The notes beneath the pieces were generated by a model, which ran no database searches, had not been told where the DNA came from, and saw only the letters and a list, made by a program, of their open reading frames with translations. A stretch of DNA of 64,000 nt from an uncultured Gammaproteobacteria bacterium (lineage in GTDB: Bacteria > Pseudomonadota > Gammaproteobacteria > JAURND01), in NCBI GenBank assembly GCA_963714975.1, contig CAVQQD010000001.1, positions 64,001 to 128,000 of the forward strand, in the 5' to 3' direction. The position numbers and the translations under genes were made by a program. Positions 10,173 through 21,552 of the stretch are shown here, in pieces (positions within the stretch are counted from its first letter, which is position 1; the number at the start of each line of letters is the position of its first letter).

Positions 10173-10959
10173 TCACACAGGGATAACTTGTCTGAAAATT
10201 ATCCCCCTATTCTGAAGTTCATAGGTAGCTTTGGCTTTAATCGTTAGTAACCAATGATAATATAGGATAACTCAAAAAAAGGCGATCAGCGTAAGGCAAC
10301 CCGTTAGCTTGATCGTCATTTGTGCTATCCTATCTGATACAGTTGGCACTCCCAGCAGCCTTGTTCCCCCTTGTTTCTTACCAGCCCGGATTAGGCTCGT
10401 GCCATCTTTACGCCGAAGCTACATATACAGTAAACAGGTGACCTATATGCTTGCCTCAAAACAGTAGTTAAGATTTTGATTTTGACGTTACTTAGATTTA
10501 ACGACGCTTCAACAACGGTTCAGGTTTATTCACCTTCCTAATCCATACCTCGCCAGCTTTTGCTGACTTTTCTTAACGCTCACTACCATTATTCCAGCAG
10601 CTTAAGATGGTTTGTAATCGACTCCTATAAGCAGATTACGGCGGTTCTACCGCCATCTTCAATGTAGCTTTGCTACGGCACATTCTATCTGGTATCTTTC
10701 CTCTGCGGTCAAATGCTTGTATTCCATTGGCAACCTCGATTCCAGTCAAAGTGGCCATTAGTTTACTTCGTTTGGCCGCTATCTTGTTATCAAAATTGCA
10801 CTTCGTATTTGAATCCGCCTCCGCCTCCAAATTTTATGGGACAAAATGGGACAAATGCCTATAAAGCGCTTGTCCCGAGACACATGAATGTAACCAGCTA
10901 ATTTTATGTCACTTTTAAGTAATGGGACAAGTAGGACAAGCGGGACAAAGCTTTTTAGT

Positions 10960-12157
10960 TTATTTTGTCTCACTCAATGAACTGGCCTCCAGTTTTTCTG
11001 CCTGCTTCAACCCAGCAGCCATCAAAATAGCATTGGTTGCCTTTTCAACTGATTCGCGTACTGGATCAAGGTCTAATCGTGCATAAATGGCAGTCGTTTG
11101 CGGAGATTTATGATTAAGAGATTTACCAATAATGGTTAACGAAGCCCCCGTTTTTGCCTGCCAGCTGCCTAAAGGTGCGGCGTAAATCATGTATTCTAGA
11201 TTCTCAATGCCGCTTCTTTAAGTACACGCCACCAACCTTTTTTAGGCTCTACTAAGTGTCCAGACTTGCCATTACCTGGAAATACATATTGGTTAGTGGC
11301 GGTTGTTTTGCGATGTTTCAGATATGATGACAGCTTCCTCAGATAAAGCGACAGTCTGAGGATCACCATTTTTGGTTGCTGGAATGCGCCACTCAGCACG
11401 ATCCCAGCTTATTTCATCCCATTTCATGGCCATCAAATTAGCACGTCGTGCGCCAGTTAGTATTGCCAGTAGAATGCAGTCTCGGATAGTTTCATTAGGT
11501 TCTTGGGCCAAAGCAACAAAAAAACGAGGTAATTCCTCAGATTGTAAAAAACGATCACGCGATTTTTCTTGAAATTTTTGTATACCCAATGCAGGATTAG
11601 GTTTATCCCAAAGGCCAAATTCTTTAGCTTTATTAAACATAACACTCAATAATGCAATGATGCGATTCGCTCCTGTTTTATGGTTCTTGCTACCCATATC
11701 AGCATGTAATTTCAGAATATCCACTTTCGTGATTTGAGATATTTTCTTATCCTTCCAATGTGCCAGGCGCGAATTAAATCTAGAAACATCAGTTTTCCAA
11801 GATTTTTTGTGCAGTTTGGCGTAGCCCTCCAAATATTCAGCGAAATAGCTCTCCTAAGGTTACCTCTGCCCGTTCAGAGCGACGCCGATCGTTTGGGTTT
11901 TCTCCTTTAGCAATCGCCGCATTGATTTCCATGGCTTTATTGCGCGCTTGCTCGATTGAAAAGTCAGGATATCGTCCTAAAGTAATACGCTCTGGTTTGC
12001 CATTAATCTTACGATAAACAATAAATGACTTATGTCCAGTGCTGGTGACGGTAATACCAAGACCGAGTGTTTTAGAATCGCAGTAATAACTTCGCTTATT
12101 AGCTTCCGGTAAAGGCAATGAATTCAAAATATGCTTGGTAAAATTTAGTTTAGGCAT
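10960..12157 (-). pseudogene. P4-like tyrosine integrase (Arm-DNA-binding N-terminus), frameshifted
   Basis: GLGITVT..G.KSF..YRKING..RITLGRYP; LTGARR; TKNG; HDLRR; GKSLNH..QTT.IYA; abuts the tRNA-Lys att copy. Confidence 0.85.
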
Positions 12158-12343
12158 CAAAATATTCCTCCATAGTAAGATACAAGCGGACATTCGGCGC
12201 TACCCTGGTGCTACTATATGGGTCAAATTTGGTTAGATTTGATCAAAGTTGATGAAAGGAATATTATGCGTAATGTACTGATTTGTAAAGATTTATTATA
12301 GATTATCGACGTAGATAGAAATAGATAAAATACTGGGTCTTTA

Positions 12344-12390
12344 GACTTTTAATCCGTTGGTCCCGCGTTCGAGTCGCGGACGGCCCACCA
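12344..12390 (+). repeat. att site: 3' half of tRNA-Lys(UUU), copy 1
   Basis: GACTTTTAATCCGTTGGTCCCGCGTTCGAGTCGCGGACGGCCCACCA; anticodon loop, T-arm and CCA present but no 5' half. Confidence 0.9.
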
Positions 12391-12674
12391 GTTAAATCAA
12401 TGGCTTACCATAAATACCCATGGGATCAATTGAATCATTTATGTAATTTTGGTGTAACCATATTATCCGCAGACATCCACATTTATGCACTTAGCAGCGA
12501 ACCAATCCATTCTTTTCAGCCAAGACATGGTACGCATGGCGATTCTTTGAAAATTGCCAATGCACCATAAAAATATATTTTGTTTTATAATAAAATAGTA
12601 ATTTTAAGTTGCTCCAACATCCATAAATATTTATAATAACGGACGAGTAAATGTGATTTAGTAGAGAGGTGACT

Positions 12675-13629
12675 ATGCAAGAACCACTACAATTCAAAAT
12701 TATACATGTCGCTGTACAACATCAATACCCATTTGATGATCTGAGCCTCATCAGTAAAAGTGAACAATTCGCACTCAAGCATCGAACTGCAGAATCACAA
12801 TTTAAAGCAGCGCAATTCATTCTACAAAAACCGAACTGCCCTGTTGTGTTAGAAAATCTAAGTTTGAATATGGGAGAGAAAGATGTGAAAAAGTATAGGG
12901 CAAAATAATCTCAATATTATTTTTCCAAATGATCTACCTGATAGATTTTTAGAACTGACTGATGATCAAAAAATGTGTCTTTATAATCAGGAAGCAGCAA
13001 ATGTTTTATTTTACTTGGGTAAAATTCCAAAATTATATCGTTCACACGACTTTCAAAATGGATTTCTTATAAAGAAGCGAGATGAAATCGGTAAACTTCA
13101 TCTTAATAGGAGAACAGGGTCAGTAGGCGTATTGGATCAACCTCGCGAAGAAGAGGCAATTGAAAAATGCATAGAAGCCTGCGTTTTGGAATATGCTGCT
13201 AAAATAAAGCAGCATCAGGAAGAGGAACAGATTCCTTTTAATACTACCGTCATTATGATATATGGTGCTGGTCATAATTTTTCAAAATACCAGGGTCAAA
13301 GATATTCTAGAACATTAAAACAAGATGTAGTAATAGAGGTAGAGGTGATTGATTGTACAGTACCTCATCGCCATGTTCCAAATCATTCTTCAAACACATT
13401 TTCTAATATGTTACGCGTTAGAATCGGCATTTTTTTAATTGTTTCTTCTGTGCTAGCTTCCGCACTAATACCCAGTGTTTCTTTTGAACCATTTGGATCA
13501 CACGAAATAGGATTATCCATCATAATACTTGCTAGTATATTTATTGGTGCTGGAATGGGTTATCTATTTCCCAAGATAAAAAATTGTTTCTCCTCTCATA
13601 CTGATCAGGTATCCCCTTCAATTTCATGA
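12675..13629 (+). pseudogene. Hypothetical effector-like protein with two C-terminal TM helices; one frameshift near 12905
   Basis: Aligns with the paralog at 18660; H...E...RE...YGAGH pattern. Confidence 0.6.
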
Positions 13630-14391
13630 CAGGAAACTAATTTTGGAATCAGGATTTTCTGAAACATATCTCTGCTGCAATTTATCCATCGCTGCCTGAA
13701 TATGCGCCCCATTCTGATGACTATACCGTTCGACCATTTGTAACGTTTTATGCCCCGATATCCGCTTTACAGTAGGTAGATCAACTCCTGCTTGCACTAA
13801 GTGCGTAATAGCCGTATGCCGTAATGTGTGGCGTACTACCTGCTTAACATCAAGGCCGGCCGCTTTTACAACCCGTCGAAATGATTTTTCAATGCTTACC
13901 GTGTGGCCTTGACTTGAATTCTTTGCTGGAAACAACCATTCTTCAGCTGGATCAATTGTCTTCAAATGTATCATTAAAAAATCTGCCAAACGTGCCGTTA
14001 TTGGCTGTTCCCGCACCCCGGACTTAGCTTTAGGGACATATATTACACGTCTGTGTAAATCAATATGGTCAATTTTGATGGACAGAATTTCCATTCTCCG
14101 CATAGCGGTTTCTAGGCCAATTAGAATAAACGGATAAATTTTTGAATTTTGATCTTCTTTGGCTATTTCCATCAGGCGGTTCACCTGGTCAACAGTCAAA
14201 TAAACAATTCTGCCCTGACCTTCCTTAAAGCGCCTTATTAAAAAGGGCTTTTTATCAATCCACGACCATTCCATAGCTTTGTTATATAAATGAGATATCA
14301 CAGCTAATTCACGATTAACTGTACCCTCTGTCGCTTTTTCAACTAAACGTTGCTTTTTATATCGTTCCACATCAGAACTGGTGATTTTGTC
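13624..14391 (-). pseudogene. Tyrosine integrase, N-terminus removed by IS66
   Basis: TVNRELA, ETAMRR.EI, K, HTLRHT, SGHKT..M..RY catalytic motifs. Confidence 0.85.
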
Positions 14392-14471
14392 GTATCCCCC
14401 CAATAATCCCACCTAACGTTTAATAAAAATTTTAGATAATCCACCTCCGAATAACTTAGAGGAGGAAATTA

Positions 14472-14810
14472 ATGAATAAAAACTTAAAAAGAAAGTTTAG
14501 CATTGAGGAAAGGCGCGACCATTATCAAGCATTTAAAAAATCAGGGATGAGCCATACTGCATTTTGCAGAGCAAGTGGCATTTCTAAATCAGCACTTTAT
14601 GTATGGAAGAAAGAATTTCAAGGAGGCGGTCATTTTAATTTTTCACCGCTGGTATTGGCTGAACTAGCCAGGGAGTCAGTCCAAGGTAGTGATGCGGTCT
14701 CCCTAGAAATTCGCTTGGCCAACCAAGTACAGCTACACATGAGGCTTCCTAGAGATCAACTAATTTCATTAATTCGAGAGCTTAATTATGAATCTGCAAT
14801 TACACGGTAA
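14472..14810 (+). CDS. tnpA: IS66 TnpA (HTH)
   Basis: SGMS..AFCR..GIS.S.LY.W.K motif. Confidence 0.85.
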   Translation: MNKNLKRKFSIEERRDHYQAFKKSGMSHTAFCRASGISKSALYVWKKEFQGGGHFNFSPLVLAELARESVQGSDAVSLEIRLANQVQLHMRLPRDQLISLIRELNYESAITR

Positions 14811-15141
14811 AACAATATGGCTTTGTCGTCGCGCGATTGACTTTAGATGCTCGATCGATGGGCTAACCCATTTAGTTATGAAGGAACTGAATCATAATCC
14901 ACGAGAAGGGGTTTATTTATTTTTTAATCGCACCCGAGATAAAATCAAATGCTTATCGTGGCACAAAAATGGTTTTATTCTGCTTTACAAGCGGCTAGAG
15001 CTGGGGCGCTTTCAGCTGCGTTTTAATAAAGAAACAGGTGCAATTGAAATGAAGGCCGATGAATTTGGATGGCTGCTTGCAGGATTAGAGTGGCAAAAAA
15101 TGAGCAATTGGCGCGAATTAGACTATGATAAATTTAGTTAA
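14788..15141 (+). CDS. tnpB: IS66 accessory protein TnpB (Orf2)
   Basis: IDFR.SIDGL, F.NR.RDKIK.L.W..NGF.L.YKRLE.GRF. Confidence 0.9.
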   Translation: MNLQLHGKTIWLCRRAIDFRCSIDGLTHLVMKELNHNPREGVYLFFNRTRDKIKCLSWHKNGFILLYKRLELGRFQLRFNKETGAIEMKADEFGWLLAGLEWQKMSNWRELDYDKFS

Positions 15142-15378
15142 AAAAAGCTTGACAGGATTTTGGTGCGATTTTTGTTTTTTCGAATCTGCTTTCGAGCTGC
15201 CTTTATTCCCAGGTTAGAAGTGGGCAATAAATGTCTATAAGGTGAGTACAAAACTATAGACATGCCCCTACCTAGTGTAAAAAAAATAAAACATCCTTGA
15301 CCGTTTTTGAGCGTCAAAATGGACCTTAAAAAACTCATGCTACAATGCCTTTAATAAAAATAAATTAAAGGGGGATTC

Positions 15379-16320
15379 ATGAGGCAAGGTGATTTTGAAA
15401 AACTACATCAAGCTTATGTATTGCGTGGAGTTGAGCTTGAGCGATTGCAGGTACATGTTTCTGAGTTAGAGCAAGAAATTGCTCGGCTCAAGGAAATTTT
15501 AAAGTTAAATCAAAATACTTTGTTTGGAACAAAAAGTGAAGTAGGATCGGGTGTTAATTCGCCATTTTCTCCCACAATCCCTGCCACTCAGGCAATCGAT
15601 CCTTCAACGCTAGAAACAGTCACAGTGGCTGCTCATACTCGAACGGTCCCACCACGTGGTAAGCGTCGCTTCAATACCCCTAACTTACCTCGGTATACCC
15701 TAATTCATGATTTATCTGAGTCCGAAAAAATATGCGCTTGTTGCCAGGGTTCCTTGCATGTCATTGATCGAGAAAAATCTGAACAATTAGAAATTATCCC
15801 TGTTCAATACTGCAGAATTGAGCATATTCGCCTAAAGTATGGCTGCCGTACCTGTGTATCCGTAGTGATGGCGCCTAAACCTATGGCACCCCTGCCTAAG
15901 GCTATTGCCGGCGCTAGCCTGTTAACTGATGTGATCTTAAATAAATATCAATACCATTTGCCCCTATATCGTCAATCTAAAATCATGCGTAGCTCTGAGG
16001 TTGATATTCCCGACAAAACCTTAGCGAATTGGGTGTTTGCTGCGGGTAAAGCCTTACTCAAAGTCTATGAGGCGATGTGGGTGGTGCTCAAACAACGCTA
16101 TTTACAGGTCGATGAAACGCCAGTTAAGGTGCTGGAGACCAATAAGAAAGGTTATGTTTGGACTTATTTTGCTCCCAACGTGGGTCAAGGGTTAGTGGTT
16201 TTTGAATTCAGTTTAACTCGCCAGGCTGAGGTGGTGAATCAACGCCTTAAAACATTTCGCGGTTTGCTACAAACTGATGGGTATAGTGGGTATGAGGGAT
16301 TGCGTAAACGTGCACTTTAA
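15379..16320 (+). pseudogene. tnpC: IS66 DDE transposase TnpC, truncated
   Basis: Leucine zipper-FG.KSE, CxCC zinc finger, KY..HLPLYRQ, VDETP, LQTDGY; ends at 313 aa. Confidence 0.85.
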
Positions 16321-16513
16321 ACAAATGACGGTTTGAATGTCGTTTATTTGTAATCTTTTATTAAATAAAAATAGTAACTATTAGAACAACCAATGTGGGC
16401 GAAGTATGATATAAGCTGTGGGCAATACTGTGAAAATACGGTATTTTCACATTTTGTCCATCAGCTTATTCATACGCCTCAACGAGTCGTCCACATTTCA
16501 AATTAATAGCTCA

Positions 16514-16785
16514 TCATTTTTCTTCATGGCTAAAATTGAGTTTTTGGGCACTGAGCAGATCATTTAAGGAAGCCTCTATGGTATTAGCAGCAATTTCTAC
16601 TAAATCACTTACCACCCATAAATAATGATGTAACAAATGGAAAGGTTGGATGAGCAAATCACGTTCCAATATCATATCTAGTAAAGACTTGGCTTTAATT
16701 AATTTTTCACTGATAAGTTCTTGAGAATCAATTTAATTTGTTGGTTTATTAACTGCGTTAGATGATTTATGCTGTGTTCAGCCAT
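16514..16785 (-). pseudogene. Small helical hypothetical protein (frameshifted) with a structured leader
   Basis: AAGGAG RBS then MAEHSINHLTQLINQQI, continuing in another frame as DSQELISEKLIKAKSLLD...HHYLWVVSDLVE. Confidence 0.45.
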
Positions 16786-16977
16786 AACTAAACTCCTTTG
16801 AAGTTTTGGTGTGGTTAGTGGCGCATATGGTCGGTGAACCAAGTGCGTCACGCTCTGTATGATTGATTCATACGGTACGTATCGTATGATCTAGTAGTCT
16901 ATTTGTCAAGCTTATAATTCATATAGTATGATCCAGTTATGGAGCATACTTAAAACAATGTAGCAAAAGGAAAGCCT

Positions 16978-17193
16978 ATGAAACAAAAAGCCATCAGAAA
17001 GACTTATACACTTACTGAACTTGATCTTGTGCTCATAGAAGAGATAAAAGATAGATTGTTAAATAAAAAGCAAGTGGTAACTGATAGCCAAGTTATACGC
17101 ATGGGATTAGCATTATTGAATTCTAGCAAAGAAGTTGATCTTGTTAAGCTCACCCAAGAAGTTCCAGCATTAACAAAAAAAGTAAAATTATAA
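16978..17193 (+). CDS. Small RHH/CopG-like protein
   Basis: RKTYTLTE.D...IEEI...TDSQVIRMGL. Confidence 0.5.
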   Translation: MKQKAIRKTYTLTELDLVLIEEIKDRLLNKKQVVTDSQVIRMGLALLNSSKEVDLVKLTQEVPALTKKVKL

Positions 17194-17211
17194 TTTTTGA
17201 AGAAGAGGAAT

Positions 17212-18293
17212 ATGACTCCCAAAAAGCGTAGCCTCCAAGATAATATGAGCAAGGCTGTGGGTTTATCAGAAAAATTGATTGATGATCTCCGGTATATGAT
17301 CAATGAAGCTCGTCATGTCATAGCTACTTCAATCAATGCAAAACTAACCATGCTTTATTGGCATGTAGGTTCGCGGGTTTTTAATGAACTGTTAAGAGGA
17401 GAGCGAGGAGAATATGGCGAGTCAATTGTCGTGACAGTGTCACGACAATTGGTAAAGGATTATGGAGTGGGTTTTCTGATAAGAATCTACGTCGGATGCT
17501 GCAGTTTGCTGAATCTTTTCCTGACGAGCAAATTGTCGCGACATTGTCACGACAATTGAGCTGGTCTCATTTTATAACCTTAATCCCAATTAAAGATAGT
17601 ATTCAACGAGATTTTTATGCTGAAATGAGCAGAATTGAGCGCTGGAGCGTTCGAACGTTACGTGATAAGGTTGGTTCTATGTTGTATGAGCGAACCGCGC
17701 TATCGAAGAAACCGCTGCCCTTAGTGCAAACGGAAGTGGAGGCTCTTCGCAATAATGACAGAGTCGCACCCGCCATGGTCTTTCGTGATCCCTACATACT
17801 AGATTTTTTGAATTTGAATGATCGATATGTAGAGAAGGATTTGGAAGATGCTATTATGCGGGAACTTGAGCAGTTTTTATTAGAACTGGGTGGAGGTTTT
17901 ACATTCATTGCCCGTCAAAAACGCATTACTATTGATGGCGAGGATTTTTATATCGACCTATTGTTTTTCCATCGGGATTTGCAACGGCTCGTGGCAATTG
18001 AACTAAAACTCGGGGATTTTAAATCTGCTTATAAAGGTCAAATGGAACTGTATCTTCGCTGGTTAGACAAGTATGAACGCCGCGCCGAAGAAGAGTCGCC
18101 AATAGGTTTAATTCTCTGTGCAGGCAAGAAGAAAGAACAAATTGAGTTATTGGAATTAGATCGTTCTGGCATCCATGTTGCTGAATACCTCACAATTTTG
18201 CCTCCTAAAGAGGTGTTGCGCGAGAGGCTACATAAAGCTATTGAACAAGCAAGGCAGCGCTTGGAAAATGAAGTGGTGAAAGAAGATTTCTAA
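17212..18293 (+). pseudogene. yhcG: YhcG/DUF1016 PD-(D/E)XK nuclease-domain protein, one frameshift
   Basis: LYW.VG, LSWSH, RDFY, WS.RTL, RDPY.LDFL, ELG.GF.F.ARQ.RI, AIELK, GQM..Y, PIGLILC. Confidence 0.9.
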
Positions 18294-18483
18294 GCCCTAA
18301 AGTATTTTTTAATCCAAAAATGAGGCTACTGATTTTGGTGTAATTCCTGTGTAATCGTGCCAAGAAAAGTATAGAACTTTGTAGCATTTTTGGGCATTTT
18401 AGAGATAGTACTAAAATTAAAAATCGCAATAAAATCAACTAGTTGGATAGTTATAGAACTTTTTAGAATAATGGATTAACGTC

Positions 18484-18528
18484 CTTTTAATCCGTTGGTC
18501 CCGCGTTCGAGTCGCGGACGGCCCACCA
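18484..18528 (+). repeat. att site: 3' half of tRNA-Lys(UUU), copy 2
   Basis: CTTTTAATCCGTTGGTCCCGCGTTCGAGTCGCGGACGGCCCACCA, identical to 12346-12390. Confidence 0.9.
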
Positions 18529-18659
18529 GTTAAATCAATGGCTTACCATAAATACCCATGGGATCAATTGAATCATTTATGTAATTTTGGTGTAACCATA
18601 TTATCCGCAGACATCCACATTTATGCACTTAGCAAATGTGATTTAGTAGAGAGGTGACT

Positions 18660-19138
18660 ATGCAAGAACCACTACAATTCAAAATTATACATGTCGCTGT
18701 ACAACATCAATACCCATTTGATGATCTGGGCCTTATCGGTAAAAGTGAAGCACTCGCACTCAAGTATCGAACAGCAGAATCACAATTTAAAGCAGCGCAA
18801 GTCATTCTAAAAAAACCGAACTGTCCTGTTGTGTTAGAAAATCTAAGTTTAAATATGGGAGCGGAAGATGCGAAAAGTACAGGGCAAAGAAATCCCAATA
18901 CTATTTTTCCAAATGATCTACCTGATAGATTTTTAGAACTGACTGATGATCAAAAAATGTGTCTTTATGATCAAGAAGCAGCAAATGTTTTATTTTACTT
19001 GGGTAAAATTCCAAAATTATATCGTTCACACGAGTTTCGCAATGGATTTCTTACAAAGAAGCAAGATGAAATAGGTAAACTTCATTTTAATAGGAGAGCA
19101 GAGGCAATAAGCGTATTGGATCAACCTCGCGAAGAAGA
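18660..19138 (+). pseudogene. Truncated paralog of the 12675-13629 gene
   Basis: Near-identical N-terminus (MQEPLQFKIIHVAVQHQYP); cut at PREEEA by an IS605 3'-end fragment. Confidence 0.8.
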
Positions 19139-19200
19139 GGCAAGAACCCACTGAAGCGAGTTGCGCACAGGTTGCGTAATCGCAGTAGGAATCCTCGCCC
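19139..19200 (+). mobile_element. IS605 tnpB 3'-end/omegaRNA fragment
   Basis: Matches the reverse complement of about 38467-38527 (CAAGAACCCAC.GAAGCGAGTTGCGCACAGGTTGCGTAA.CGCAGTAGGAATCCTCGCCC). Confidence 0.85.
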
Positions 19201-19522
19201 ACCCATTTCTGATGCAGTTATAAAATTGCTGGAGCAATCGGTTGCGGGAATGATGCGAAAAGTGGATGAAGCCAATCAAATCATCGACATGTTGTTAGTC
19301 AATATTAATAGCTTGCATCCAAAAAAATTAATTCATCCGCAACGGTGCTCTGCCCGACACTGCATTAATCATGCCTTGTCTCACTATGCGCTAAGTCAAA
19401 ATTTGCCGGAAATTATCTGGGAAGACAAGACCGACTTTGAGTTTTACGGAGAAAAAATGCTGCTAGTGCACGTGCTATTTAATCTGTTGAAAAATGCCAT
19501 TTATTTTATCCACTATCGCTAA
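19201..19522 (+). pseudogene. Sensor histidine kinase fragment (LqsS/LqsT-like)
   Basis: IIDMLL.NI, CI..AL..Y, DF.F.G...L..HVLFNLLKNA N-box. Confidence 0.6.
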
Positions 19523-20413
19523 CCCTATCCAGCCAATTTAGTTGTCAGCTATTTACGGCGCATCAAGACGCTGAACAGTTTCTCTCCGAGAAAGATGCTA
19601 AGTCTAAATCATTTAAGGCCCGATATTTGCAAATCGATTACCAGGATTTATGTCGGTATTCGGTTAACATTGAAATAGCGCAAATTTATCAAGAGCTATG
19701 GGATCGACAACGATTTACCAGAACGGCTATCCTGATTGTTGATTATGACATGCCGGGTTTGAATGGTCTGGAACTAGCGCGGCGCTTGAAATCCAAACTA
19801 GCAATTAAAGTTATGCTACTGACTGGCGAAGCAGATCAACAAACAGCGATTACGGCATTCAATCAGGGAGAAATTGATCGATTCTTACCGAAAAGTGCAG
19901 CCGACTGCAATGAGCGCTTAATCCAATATGTCCATCAGTTGCGCAGTGGGATTATTTTCGGGAGCTTTCTACAGTGGTTCTAGAGCCACTGATGGCGCAA
20001 GGATCTCATCCCTTGCAGGACAAGTATTTTCACGCGTTATTTCATCAAACTATGGAAGAATGGGAAATAACCGAGTTCTATTTACTGGATGAATCAGGGA
20101 GTTTTTTAATGCTGGATGCGTGTGGTCAGGCCACCTGGTTACTTGTCCGAACCGAGGCAGACATGGAATTATTTGATGACATGGCGAATATGGAATCAGA
20201 CGTACCCGATACTTTGTTAAAAACCCTAGGAAACAGAGAAAAATTGTATTTTTGCCGCAACAATCAGCATCAGTGCTACCGTTTAAAGATTGGTTGATCT
20301 ATGATGCAACACAATTAGCGGATCGAGAAATTTATTACTGTGTCGTGCGAGGTTGGCACAATGCGAATTGGCCCGTTGAGAAATTACTGAGTTATTCAGA
20401 ATTTTTGCAATGA
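19523..20413 (+). pseudogene. LqsR-like response regulator, fragmented
   Basis: IVDYDMPGLNGLE...LLTGEAD...AI.AFN.G.IDRF..K receiver, then I.EFYLLD.SGSFL.LD..G C-terminal domain. Confidence 0.65.
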
Positions 20414-20437
20414 TTTTAATTCAAGCTGATCCTTACG

Positions 20438-20640
20438 CTATTCTTTGGTTTCATCCACAAAGATTTCATTTAAGTTGGCGGCATCCATTACTTTTTCACC
20501 CCATAATAATAGCGTTTCAGCATCAGCTTTAGTGATCTGTCGAGCAATTGGATTTGGCACATCCCCAAAGCAATGGCGAATTAGCGAGCTCGTGAGAATG
20601 TCATAAACACAACGCGAGCCTCGGGTGAGTGCCTCTGCAC
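20438..20640 (-). pseudogene. C-terminal fragment of a hypothetical (possibly HEPN-like) protein
   Basis: IRH..GD...PIARQITKADAETLL.WGE; fused to the resolvase fragment. Confidence 0.3.
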
Positions 20641-20648
20641 AGACACGT

Positions 20649-20753
20649 TCAATTGTCAGTAAACAACTTATCAACACGAATGTTTTCAAGTTGACGCTCT
20701 GGGTTTTGATCGAAGCTACTTACGCGCACATAGCCGATGCGTTGACCGTGCAA
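20649..20753 (-). pseudogene. Serine resolvase (TniR/Tn5053-like) N-terminal fragment
   Basis: (L/M)HGQRIGYVRVSSFDQNPERQLE. Confidence 0.85.
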
Positions 20754-20779
20754 AGTGGGTACTCCGGATAATTTTTTTT

Positions 20780-20906
20780 GATTTTCTGTCAGGAAAGACT
20801 CTATGACCCATCAAGGAAGGTGTCAATAAATTCGAACTCGCACTCTAACCTGACGTATTTTGGCGTGGTCGTCTGACGTCAGGTTTGGGTATAGCTTAAA
20901 TTGACG
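20780..20906. promoter_or_regulatory. res site of a Tn5053-like resolvase
   Basis: Repeated TGTCA/TGAC half-sites (CTAACCTGACG, CTGACGTCAGGTTTGGGTATAGCTTAAATTGAC) directly upstream of the resolvase. Confidence 0.55.
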
Positions 20907-20942
20907 GTATACTTTAAACTGACATTCAACTTTGAGAAAAAA

Positions 20943-21326
20943 ATGAACGAAATTGAAGAAAAATTAGGTTTACCAGCAACTCCTGGATATCGCTATGCAA
21001 GACATGTTGGGAATCAACTCTTTATATCGGGTCAGGTGCCTCATAACAAGGCAGGTGAAATTGAAGCTCTATCCAGCCCATTTAAACAGGCGCAAAAATG
21101 CCTTTCTAATCTTGATTTATTGTTAAACTGTTATCAGTTTAACAAGCGCCATATCCAACAAATAACTATCTATGTTGTCGGCAACAGAGACGCTCTAAGT
21201 GAGGCGTGGCAAGCTGTGAAGCAGTATTTTAATGGAATTGTACCTCCAGCAACTCTTTTAGGTGTAGCCCTTCTTGGGCATGAAAATCAGTTGGTCGAAA
21301 TAGACGCAACTATTACAAAAAATTGA
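20943..21326 (+). CDS. RidA/YjgF family protein
   Basis: GNQLFISGQVP, QA..CL.NL, PPATLLGV..L....LVEIDA. Confidence 0.9.
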   Translation: MNEIEEKLGLPATPGYRYARHVGNQLFISGQVPHNKAGEIEALSSPFKQAQKCLSNLDLLLNCYQFNKRHIQQITIYVVGNRDALSEAWQAVKQYFNGIVPPATLLGVALLGHENQLVEIDATITKN

Positions 21327-21490
21327 GTCGTTTTTCTGTCAAGTCACATTAAAAGCAATCTGCTCATATGTTTTTCGTTATCGTACAATATTTTCCGTTT
21401 CGTGAACTGACCCCAAGTTGGATGCCCCATGCCTTCCCTCATCTTTCCACTGCTGTGCTATGGTCATAATTTCACCTGGCCTGCATTCAT

Positions 21491-21551
21491 AGTTGACATT
21501 TCCATCTGAAACTCTATAATTTTTATAGGGTTTCAGATGGAAATGTCAACT
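21491..21551 (+). promoter_or_regulatory. AbiE promoter with autoregulatory inverted repeats
   Basis: 22-bp perfect IR AGTTGACATTTCCATCTGAAAC / GTTTCAGATGGAAATGTCAACT enclosing TTGACA-N16-TATAAT. Confidence 0.85.
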
Positions 21552-21552
21552 T

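Larger units (their letters stand above)
14392..16320 (+). mobile_element. IS66-family element, 3'-truncated
   Basis: GTATCCCC... terminus followed by tnpA, tnpB and a partial tnpC. Confidence 0.85.

Noticed and set aside
12344-12390. Functional tRNA-Lys genes here and at 18484-18528
   Set aside because: The 5' acceptor strand and D-arm are missing; these are att duplications
14788-15141. Another RNA-guided TnpB
   Set aside because: This is the unrelated IS66 accessory protein that shares the name
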